From: Amphiscolops sp. MND2022
Taxonomy: Eukaryota
Reading direction: 5' to 3'
Length of the DNA: 64,000 bases
Assembly (NCBI GenBank): GCA_964187785.1
Contig: OZ076409.1
Coordinates: forward strand, 30,816,001 to 30,880,000
Numbering within the stretch: the stretch's first letter is position 1; each line of letters opens with the position of its first letter. Below the pieces are notes generated by a model. The model was not told where the DNA came from. It did not search any database and was given only the letters and a program-made list of their open reading frames with translations. Shown piece after piece: positions 13,601 to 25,600 of this stretch. The position numbers were made by a program, and so were the translations under genes.

Positions 13601-16600
13601 CTTTTCTTCTGTAATATGTCAAAGAGCCAGAGTTTAAGAAGAGCATTTTTATACAATTAAATCGAAGGGTGTGTGTCGTAAGCATTATGATTGGATTGAT
13701 CATCATTTTGACAATTTTGGACTTGCTCACATCTTGAGTTTTCTCTAGTACCTACGTCTCGCAAAACTTCGGAATTTGTTTCCGGTCCCTCATCCGAAAC
13801 GTTCCATCCTCTTCTGGTCACGTGTCCTGAACCGGCCATAATGGCACTTTGAATTTGGGGTAAAACCTGATTACTAATGGCATCATTTATGGCCCTCTGT
13901 ATTTGAACACTGACACTGTTTATCACCTCATCCATCTCCCTAGATATTCTAGAATTCAATTCACTCGACAATCTAATAATCTCAGCATGAGAATTCGAAC
14001 CGGCTGAATTCTGGCCGTAATCGGCAATAATCCCTGAACTGGTATCTCTACGGTTCCGATACAAATTCTCGTCATTAATTCCAAAATTGTTACTAGTGGT
14101 AACCTCTACAGTTCATTCTCAGTGTTTTTGATACCCAGAGTTTGAAAACTTCTGTATATGAATGTGAAATATGTCTCAATCGTTTCACTCACCGGCAGAG
14201 GCGTATCGACAAATATACTGGTTGTGAAGTACAGCGAATCACCGGGGACAACAAAGACTGTTACCCGGCAGATGTAATCGACTACATGAAAGATAAGCGT
14301 CTTTTATCTGAACGAGGCTATGATGTAATGTGTCAGTTCCAAGAATATTGTTCGGAAAAATTGAAGAAGCCCCTACTCAACTTCCAAACTGATTTCATCA
14401 GCAGATTGTTCAAAGACACACATAGCTTCACGCGCATTGCTCAAATCAGCGAAGTGTTCAACGATTTGAAAAAAATACACATTCAGCTCTGTGAGGAAGT
14501 GAGGAAACTTTGCATCGACGTCAAAACTTTCATACGTTGGCTAAATTCAGGGCGTCAAAAAACTTATCGTTTCGATAAAACTAGCCTGGAAGACGCTATA
14601 ACTTCCTGGCTGAAAAAAATACAAAAGACAGCCAGAAGGAACAAAAAGAAAATCGATTTTCTACAATTCCCACCATGAAAAAGTTATGCGAAACCCAAGA
14701 TTTGGTGGAAGATGTTATAGAAAAAAGGTATGAAATAGACTCTCCATGGCACACGCTAACAGTCCAAGGAAAACTTTCGCATTTCAGTTACAGATCTTGA
14801 AAATTATCAGCCGGTGTGTCGAAAGGTGTGGGACACATATTACTTCAAGCACAAGAAAAAGATCCCAGAGCATTTGAGACCTTACTGGTAGCTTCAAATT
14901 TGTAAACGCGCAGTTTACTTTTGAAAATTTCCAGAACTTTGATTTACAAAGAGGTAGAAGAGTTCTGGGAGGTTTTTGAAAAGTGCTAATAGTGATAAAG
15001 TTTTGAAAAGGTAGCAAAATAAAGTCCTATTCCAACTTCATTTCCATCATAGCGAGTCCTATAAGATCTCAGTGATCACAGCAAGTCTGAGAGTAAATTC
15101 TCTGTCTGCTTGATGAGCTCTAAAACGGCACGCCAATAATAATAAACATTTCAATCAGATGCGGTATCATTAACAGTTGGCTTTATAAATGATTAGCCAA
15201 TCAGATTTTGATGCCTCTGCGTCGGTTTAAATCGAGCCATATTTCATGCCTACTCTTACGCTAGCAAGGTGTAGAATGTCTGAGAATAATTTTCCTGATA
15301 CTGAAAATGTTCCGGTTGAAATCGTTGCTTTCTTGAGCTTTAAAACGTTTGCAAATGTTACTTTGTTATTACAACGAACTTCTTGAAGCAGTTTAAAGTC
15401 GTTATCGGAACACATCAACTGGTTTTATGATCGTCAAAAAGTTTCACGAGCCATGGATTGTCTGTTGCAAGCTAAAATAACGAGCCATGGATTGCGAGCC
15501 CTAAAATAACCGAATTAGCCCCAAAGGGAGTCTGAGGATCCTTGTTTTATTATTAATTATGATACTATCAATATAAAATCACCTCAGACCTTTACGTAAG
15601 TGCTCTTTCGTTATCGTAACATTAACACTCGTGCCTCCCGATTTGCCGATTTGCAGGTTATACCAATGCTCTTCCGCGCAACTTTGAAAGCTAAATGAAA
15701 CCATATAGTTGAGGTACCTTTTCGGAAAACCATTGTCAAACTGAGTTGAAGGTAGTCTACAACGTGACGGATAACAGCACAGAGCCCAGTTCAGCCAAAT
15801 TTTAGTTTTGTCGCCCGCACTTCAGGCGTTGTCGAAGAACTGCTTCAAGGTACTTCTGTAGAAATGGTGAATTTTCAATTTAGTTCACAGCCTTTGGCGT
15901 TGTCGCAGGGTTTTTGCTAAATTGTTTCCCCAAAAGCCGTTGACACAGGGTCGCTTCGTAAACGAACGATTTTTAGCCCCAAATCATAGGGAAAAAGTCC
16001 GAAACTCGACCTGGAAATATATGATTCGCCGAAAGTCAATAAAACAATTATCAACATCTGGACAAGGCCCGTTTTGCGTAGGTCGCGTCAAGAGGTTCAT
16101 TATGAGGTACCATCACACCCGAATTGCGGCTGCGCGAGTGTTGGAATGCGTCGACTGCATGCTAAGAACTGCCAACGAAACACATTTGCAACCAGACCCC
16201 AGCCACAACATTGTCAAAGTAAGTGACAAAGCCCGATATGTTTCGTTTCCAGCCGAGTGAATGCAATCTTTGAATGGGAAAGTCGGGTCTCTGCAAAAAA
16301 TGAAATTTGAAACATTTCGTCCAGTTCAAAGTTGACATGCAGGATACTTTTGTCCGGGTACGTTGAAGCTTTTTTACGGCACGTGTGTTCGAACTCTTGC
16401 CCAGGGTCTTGACAATATACCAGTCCTAGAAACAGTACTTCGTGGTGCCGATGATAAAGGTTATATTCGATTCGAAAAGGTTGATGTTTTTCATGGCAAG
16501 CACTAGCAACAAGTTTAAAGTTCCCTCCAGTAGCTGGGAGACCCAGATTGAAACTTACATGCGTTCCTTTCGAAAACAGCCACACGAGAAGTTTTCATAA

Positions 16601-19600
16601 GAGGAAGGAGCGCTACAGTCGAAATTCTCGCATTGAGGTGCTTTGAAAGGAAGCGAAAGATGTTCGAGAGGTTATGCAAATGGTTTTGTCAATCCCCATA
16701 TTCAGCAGAGCTTCCGTGTAAGCGGCGAAAACAAGAAAAGTGCCCACGTACTTTGACATTGAGCGAATTAATTTCATCAGTTTACTACGCATTCTCTCTG
16801 ACAGAGGAGTTGGATAGCATCGATACAGACACCCGCCGCACCAACACAAACCAAGTCTTCTCACCAATTTTTGCAAAATGTCCCAGGCCACTTGAAAGTG
16901 GTTGACAACTTTCCAAAATATTATAGGCAAGTGCATCGTCATCGTTAGGTTGCTGTTTTTGGTCGGCGTTTTCGAAGAAAATGCATGATTCTTACAGTGG
17001 CTAGTTTTTGTCGTCAGTTGAACGCGATCTGTCCACTTTTTTGTTCAGTTGTTCAACTTTTTGGCCGGCTATTTTTCTGGGGTCTGAGAAGCTGCAGAGC
17101 GTCCGAACTGAACCACAAGATTTTTTGGCACTATGCGACTTTGTTCGGAAAATTTTTGAATTCTTTCAGAGGGTACCCCTTGAATTTTTGGAAGCTTTCG
17201 CTTTGTTAAAAACGTTTTATGAGCCTAAAGGTCTCTCGTTGGGTTTTTCGTCAATATGCGACGTTTTTTACCAAATCTTTTTTAAAAACAAATTTCTTCC
17301 GAAGGCAGGTTAGTTTTTTCTGTTATTTCCAGCTCAGAAAAAAACCTGTTTTCGAGTTTCGGGGACAACCCTTTCGTGTACTTTTTGGCACTGTGGAATA
17401 ATTGAAAAATTTCACAATAGTTGTTTCTCGAATATTTTTGAGCCTTAGATATGACGTCGACTTGGGCCGTTCCCGGCTTGTTCCGTTTTCTAACGTTGAC
17501 GATGGCAAGTTGACAGCTAACAATTGACACAAGTATTAAACAGATTTTCGATTTGAAGACTTGCACATTGTCAAAATTCAATCAGAAGGCACTGAGACAC
17601 GAGGCTGGAGAAGGACAAGTTTGTGTAAGATTACTCACGAGCCGCATCCCAGGCTAACAGTGGCCATTGAAAAGCCACGAGGAAGAAGTTTCACTCTCAA
17701 CTTTCCACCGATGATGAAGTTTAGCGAATTTTGTCTCTGCAGTATGAATTTTGAAAAATCAAGCACAATTATAGCGGTCCAAACTGCTTAAAGACGACCT
17801 CCTTTGCTCCAAGTGGCAGTCGAATGAGCCCTCCCTCCTCGACTGAAAACAAGCCTCTACTTCCTGGGAGGAGATTGACTGCGGTCAAATGGTTCTATTT
17901 GTTATAGTTGACAGAGGAATACCACTTCCAATAAACAGTCCTAGAAAATCTACCCCAACAATTTCGTTCACTGCGCCGAAATGAAGGTGAATGAAAGAAA
18001 AGGCTAAAGAAAAAGCTGAATTTTTCGAAGCTGCATAAAATGATCGAAAACTTGAATTACCGAGATGCTGATATTGTGGTTGTGACGTCTACCAAAGTTT
18101 CCGCTCAGCTCTCCAATTGGCTTCTAATCATTTTGAATTTTTTACTGGCTTGCTAGTTCTTGCACGTTGAATTATTGTAATGTCGTCTGGGTGTACGTTT
18201 TTCAGTCATTTAAATCTAAACGTGGACAGTAGTGAAAGCCAACGAAGGCTTTCAATTTGCTATTAATAATGCAATTTTTCATAAACACTTATTGTTGATA
18301 TTTCATAGCGAAGAGGCTCTTGTTTTTCCGATTCGTTCTCCATTCATATGTATTTTTCAAACCCCTCCTTGAATCGTATCCTTTCAGTGTTGTTCAACTT
18401 GAGCTCGTCTAAGCGGTCGGCCAGTAGTAAATGCGATAGCATTGATGGTTCCAATTGGTACTAGCGCTCTCTGGTTATAACCACATTTCTACATCTAGCC
18501 TCCAATTGTCTCAAATGGATGTAATTAAAGGCCACTGTGTGTAACATTTCCAGGTTCCTTGGATATCGAATGCTACAGCCTTCCCATTATTTCATTTCGA
18601 GACATAGACAGTTCCATTGTCTCGACGATTGTACGAAGGAACTCTCGTAATCATTAATATTTCCATTGATAATTTTGTTAGGAATATTGAAAACTGATGA
18701 ATGTATGGTTTTATGCCAGTTAATTGTTCTAGATGTAATTTGTTCAAATTTGTGCGTCCTATGTTAATGAAGACCTATGTAATTTAGGAGCAAATTGATT
18801 TTCAGAATTGTCAATCTTTTTTGCAGCAATGTTGAACCATCTGTACTTGATAAAAATGGTGCTTGTTCACCTAGTATGGTGCTAAAGTCCCGATGACGAG
18901 TTGTCAGGATCTCATTTCAACCAAACAACGCGCTTTTTGTTTTTTTTTCGTTCAGACACATTAGTGGACAATATAATGGTTGTTGTATTTCAACATCAAA
19001 TCACAAGGGTAATCAAGATGTACTGTACTTAAAGTGCGGGCGGCAGGTTGTTTAAAATTTGCATGTATTTCGCGTGGTTACTGGCACGAGTTTGTTGTTT
19101 TGAATGGTATTATCATGATGACGTTTATCGGATATGCTCTGACTCTTTTCAGTGTCGATACTATACGATTTGACCCCTCACTCGGATTATATCGGATACG
19201 CTCGAGCAAAATCACGGTAGAATTCACAGAGAATGAATCTCGTTTGTTTTCAATGTTTCTACGGACGCGACTGATGCTCCGTTTATTCATTTTTGGAAAC
19301 TGTTCCGCTCGAAATGATTCCGTTAAAATAAAGAGAAAACTTATTTGCATACTTGTGAAATAAGACAAAAGAAACGCTCAGTCCAATTTCCAGGTTCCTA
19401 TAGGATACCCTTTTGATGAAATTCAAACAATCTGTTTTTCGTTGTTTTCTCATCGGGAATATTTTAGTTTATCAAAAAAACGGTGTTTAAACCTTTTAAC
19501 AAATTCTTTTTTAGCTGCTTTCTTATTTTTTTAACCACCATTCTAGGTGACTATAGATACGGTATGCAGCTTTCGATATGCTGATACTAGACGCTTAGAC

Positions 19601-22600
19601 TTTTTAGGACAATAAAAACATTTCATCGAAAAACTCGAATTTTTCATTCAACGGCTGAAAAGACCATAAAGCACAAAATAACAGTCAAAGTAAGGTACGT
19701 ATACCTAAGAACAACTCAACAAAGTAATGTAAGAACATTTAAAAGCAATTGTAGCCAGTTTTAGTATCATAAACTCTTCATTACGTTACAGACTTTTTTG
19801 ACGGCTTTCTCAGCCAAAATGCTGGTTTCTCTCTCACTGGCACCCTGGGCTTGGGCCAATTGTTTGAGCTCCCCACGTGGAATGTACCGCATGCGGTCGC
19901 AAATTTGATGAAACAGGGCAATAAGCTGTTTCCGCAGTGGATCGTAAGGGCCTTTGGATTTCAAAAGTTTGACACGAATCTCGGACGATCTTTTGGCTTT
20001 CTTGGCAAGTGCGTCAACGGGTTCTTCTTTTGGTGGATTCTTCTTCTTGGCCTTCTTCGTTGGCTCGTAATCGTCAACATCCGGAAACGAGTCTTCATTC
20101 GCGAGGGATAGGGTGTCGGATGCGCTATTTTCTTTGTCCGAATCCTCGGTTCTGTTCTCCTCAGCTGCATCTGGGGTCAGTGCGTCTCTGTCATGAATGT
20201 CTTCGTCGCATCAATCTTCAATTTCATCTTCTCCTTCATCTAATTGTTCCTCCACATCCTCCTGAGGATCCTAAACCTCTGTCATGGGGTTTGGGGGGGC
20301 ATTGTCTGCAACATAACAGTTTTCAGGGTCCTCAATCAAGTTTAGTTGTTTGTCGAGAAACTTTATGATTTCTTCATCTGTGGCCGGTTTTAGGTAGTAT
20401 TTGTTTCTTGTGGCTTCAGAATGACCGGTATTTAGTTGGTAAAGGATCGCATCAGTGCCATCCACAAAGTTTGTTTTGTCCGGTAACTGTCCCAGGCTTT
20501 GCGAACGTTGTCCGGGTTGTAAAGCTTGTCATCAAAGGCGAAAAACCGTTTTATGGTCTCCTTGAGGTTCCTTGCTTAAAAAGTGAATTTTTTGTTACTT
20601 GGAGACGGGAAACGCAAACTTTGGGGCCTCCCCATCTTTTTCTTCAACAAATTTTTTGTGAAGGTCTTCGATCCACTTGCGGTTTTCTTCAGTTATTCGA
20701 ATGAAATTGGGGAAGTTGGACCCAGTTTTGTGCTCGAACGTTGTGAGTACTTTCTTATTTTTCATGTCATCAAATTCTTCTTTAGAAAGTTGCAACAAGG
20801 GTCCTATGCGGCAATTCGACTCCGAGTGCACCAGAAAGACGAGCAGGCTCAGATATTCCACATAAGTGAAAGCTTCCTGTGGATGATTTTGCAGCAGTTC
20901 CTTGACCATTTGCCTGAGATGGGCAACTTGATACAGGTTGGGTACTTTGTCAAACCTCTGTATCATCCTGCTGTTGACTTCTTTTGCTAATTTTTTAGCT
21001 GTGTTTCGTAGTAGTGTCCTCCATTCTCCAGTAATCAAGCCAGGGTTGAAACGATATTCTCTCTGCTTGTAGCACTTGCAATACTCAATGAGTCTAGACA
21101 ATTCTAAGAGGATCTTGCGCATGGTTTGAAAGGTGTAATTTTTCTCGGATTTAACCTGGTTGAACACAATCTTCAGGTGCATCGGCTTCCTGAAAAGTTT
21201 CGTCACATCCACAACTCTGATAAGGAAGTTTTTTTGGAAGCGAGTCAGAGGTTGGTCTCCTGCATCAATTCGGTTTTCATCGTACTCTGCGAGTAAGCGA
21301 CGAACTTGGGAGATGTTTCCAGATGGTGTGGGTATTAATTGGTTTGATATTAATTGGAAGTTCGTCCTTGGAATCTGCTCGCACACGAATAATTTGAGGA
21401 TTTTTGCAGGATTTTTTGTGTTTCTTTTTTCCAGTAAAACGTACACAACAACTGTTACACTGATACATCGTAGATGTGCAAATCTGCGTTCTGTGGAACG
21501 TTAAAAGAAATTGTGATCTCTTTTCGAAAGCTGGTGTGTCTTCGTCAGGTGCTGTCTCATATTGGCATAATTCCTGGAGCAAATCAGACAACTCTTGAGA
21601 CGATCCTGCTTCGGGCGTTTTCCTTTCAGAGCCAATTTTTGCATATATCGGAACTTCCTGCGGCTTCATTTTGTTTTGTTGGGCGTAACTGGTGTTGATG
21701 TGGATTGTTCATTCTCAATTGATGGCTCGTTATCATTGTTTGGGACTTGTTCGCCGACAATTTATGCATTTTCGTTGTCTGCTTCTTCTAGCATCTGACT
21801 GGTAACTCGACGAAGCGCATCGTTGGCAATTGGGGAATAACAATGTCCAGCAACTTCTGTGAGGTTCGACAACTCGTCGAAGCCTCGTTCTGACATATTT
21901 GTAGGGAAAGGTAATTTCGAAAATAAGAAATTTTCCAGCAATCAATCTTTGAAATTGTAAAATTTGACAGAGCGTCTCTTACATGTATAGTTTATTTACA
22001 GCTTATTGAAACAGCGACTATACGCAGTGACAATAATGTGCAAACAAGCTCATATGGTAATAATGCTATGACAACTTTGAATGGAGCGCTCTGGTTGGTC
22101 AGAACTGTATCAAATATTAGATTGAACTCACTGCATGAATGACGTCATCGATGCTAGTATTATAATTCCCTACTATTGGAACGTCTCTATTGTCTCATTA
22201 TGGCATCATTGCGTCTCTATAGCCACCTGACTAAAAACGTACCACGAATTGCATATGAAAAACGAACGTTCTTTTTAAATGTAGTTTTCACAGGTAAATG
22301 AAAGTGGTAAAATGAAAAAAATTCAAATCTTTCGAAAAACCTTAGAATTTTTGACTATACTATCCAACTCCCAGTAAACGGCCACAAAGAGACGCTTTAA
22401 CAGACCTCTCCGAATTTTCAGGTGTCGGATCGTCTATGATGAACATGACCGGTATTATGATTTTGGGACTGTCATCAACTAAAAGTATCAACCTACTTCT
22501 TCATTACGATACATATGCCGCAACGAACTAGCAAGATCTTGCTTGTTCGATTAACAGCCAATAAAAACGCGTTGTTATTTCAAATACGCGTTACGTGTTT

Positions 22601-25600
22601 TGCTCGTTACACTGTGTGATTTGGCGTTACGCGTGATGATCAAAATGCAGTAAATGACTACTTTACACTCTCTACAATTACGTACTTTGACTGGTTTCCA
22701 CTTCACACACGAATGGAAGCATCGTTTAGAGTCATGGCCGTTAGAAATCTGAAAGTTTATTGATACTTTTAATTGATGACATTCCAAAAATTGCGTATCA
22801 TATCAACACAGGTGATATCTACCGATGATCTTATTGGTATGACACACAACGGAAATAGTATATTAGGTAATTTTATTCCAGCTTCTTGCCGTTGATTCTG
22901 CCTCGACTGTTACTTAGTCTTCGAGTAATATTCATGCCTATAAACTTCTACAGTTGATACAAATACAGAGTCACTTACAATTTTGAAAAGAACCACAATT
23001 CTGCTGAGATACCTCCTACAAAAAGACAAAAGGCTGAGGAGAAAGTCCCGCTAGTCTGTCATCACCTGGGAACTTATGATAGAGTTAGATAAAGAGCAAA
23101 CAGCATTTATCATGAATTACGTGAGGGCATAGTGTCCAATTTGCCCGACGGAGAAAGAAAATCAAGCAGTGAGTAATCAAGGTGTATGGAAAATAACAAA
23201 CAGTGGGGTAAGGGTGAAAGCAACATTGAGAATATGGGAGTCCTTACTGGTGAGATCAGTCGTCAAATTTCTCATAGACTTGATGAAATAAGGTATGCCT
23301 TGGAATTTCAGATAAAAAACGCTATCAGTTAAGGAGTTCATCAAAGGGTCGTGCCCCAGAATCAGGTCGCAATTGAAACTCTCAGACATACCCCGACAAT
23401 GTGTGCTAACCCAACCAACCCACCACATACCCCCCCCCCCGAGGTCCATGTGAGAAAGCGTACCCCCTTCCCCTCGAGAAAGTGTTTCTTTTTTAACGAC
23501 AGTATGAGACTTTTTTCCGAAATTTTTGCTGTCGCCGAAACGTCCATTCTTAGGTTATTTGAGTTTGTGCAACCAACTGGCTGATGAGAAAGTGCAAAGA
23601 GAAACTCCACTCTTTTGCGTTTTTCGGCACTGTGAGTTTTTATTTATGCTTGCAATGGTCGAGGAAAGACCATTGTTTTTTTTCGGTTTTATGCGACTTT
23701 CCTGAATTTTTGCGGATCATCTGAGTTGCCCCTTAAATTCTTAGCAGAAACAGCGTTTTGAAACCACTAATGGCTCCTTAGATTTTTCGGCACTATGCGA
23801 CTTAACGAAGACATTTGAGAAAATGAAACCAAAAAGGGTAAAAAATTTTTCCCACTCAATTATTGTTTTTTTGAAGTTTTCAGTTCATGAAATTCGTTTT
23901 CCAAGCCTGAAGGATGACATATTCTGTTATTTTTTGGTCTTGTGGGAGTGTTTCCAATACCTGCACAAAAGACCTACGGTTTTATTGGCTCTATGCAATT
24001 TTTCTCGAAAAAATTTCGACTCGGTTAAAGTGATTTGACCCTTTGTTTTCAAAGAAGCTCTTGGCTTGGAAATTCCGTTCTGCGAGTTTAATACTTTTTC
24101 TTCGGAAATTTGAGACTTTTTTCCGTAGAATCCCTTTTTCGAAATTTTTTGGGTTCTCAAAAAATTGGGTTCTCTGATATTTCCAGTTAGAAAAAACCCG
24201 GTTTTCGAGTCGTATGTGCATCCGTTCGTGTATTTTTGGCTCAGTAAATGTGATATAATTTTGACAATCGTGTCCCAATCATGTATTTAAAAAAGTGTCT
24301 TTCTGAGTTTTTCGGCACTTTGAGATTTTGTTTGCATTTCGATTTTTTTCAACATGTACGTTTTTCTGATGTTTTCATTTAAGAAAAAGCTATTTTCGAG
24401 TCTCAAGGGTACTCCGGGTATTTTTGGCACTGTATGATAATTGACAAGTTTCATTAGTTGGTCCCCGAATATTTCAAACACTTCGCTCCTTTTGCTTCTT
24501 GAGCGGGGCTCCGACTTGGGCCATTCCAGGCTTGTTTTCTTTGAAGAGACATATGTTTTCCTTGCTATGGTGGAGCACGGGAAACCTCTGTCAGCCTGAA
24601 GGCAACTTTGTTTTCGACTCTATGAGATTCTTCAGAATTTTAAAAACAGTTCTGAACATGTTTCAAAGACTGCGCTTCTGGGGCTTCAAGTGAGGCGCAG
24701 ATTTTGGCCGTTCAATTCGTAATGTTGTTAGACTTGACTGTGGTTCGGCTCATTTCCCCGACCTTGAGTGTGCCATGTAGTGTAAATCAAGCAAGAAAAA
24801 ATTAAACAGCGCAATACTAGAACTTTTGATGATTAAAAATTTCCCTTCTCGAAAGCGCAGCTTCATGGATTTCAGTCGAATCTGGTCAAATCTCTCAAGC
24901 TGCATTTATAAGATTTCTAGGGTAATGCTTGAGCCATGGCTTGTTAAAGTAAATTTCGTTCATAACGTCAACGGTTAGAAAACATATCCCTTTATAAATT
25001 CAGTAATTCTTCAGCCTTATTAGAAATGTACTAACGTCATTCAGCAATAACGTCCTTGGGATATAACGTCACATTCCGACCCGCTTTTGGCCGTCCATGT
25101 GTCTGGATTACACTACAGTCTCTCCGTGGTAAAAACTTTTCTATCAAATTGTTATTCCATAGGAACGTTATATGTGGGTACTATCAATAACATTATCAAT
25201 GACTGTGAAGCGAATCAGATATCTATAGATATCTATAGATATCTGACTATAGTCAGGTTCATTGTTCAAAACACCTGTTTATGCCGTATTTGCTTTCTTT
25301 ACTTTTTTTGACAAAAATCTAATGTAATGGCATGTTTTCAACTAGAGTATTTTGCATTTCAAATACGATTTTGTTTCAAAGACACGGAGGGTACATCTTG
25401 GACGACTTTCCCCGCAACAGAGATCAGTGGACTGCTCTGCAAGATAAGGAGATTGTGATAGACGAGGTCATCTGCATGCAGGACAACAGCGAGGGCGGTC
25501 GGTACCTGCTCAAGAGATACTACGATCTCAACAAAGAGGAGATCGAGGCCAAAATAACTTTCCGCGTAGAGGAGGAGAAGAGGAAACAGGAAGAAATGGA

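Noticed and set aside
25216..25245. Perfect palindrome CAGATATCTATAGATATCTATAGATATCTG
   Set aside because: Low-complexity 10-bp self-complementary repeat with no evidence of function.
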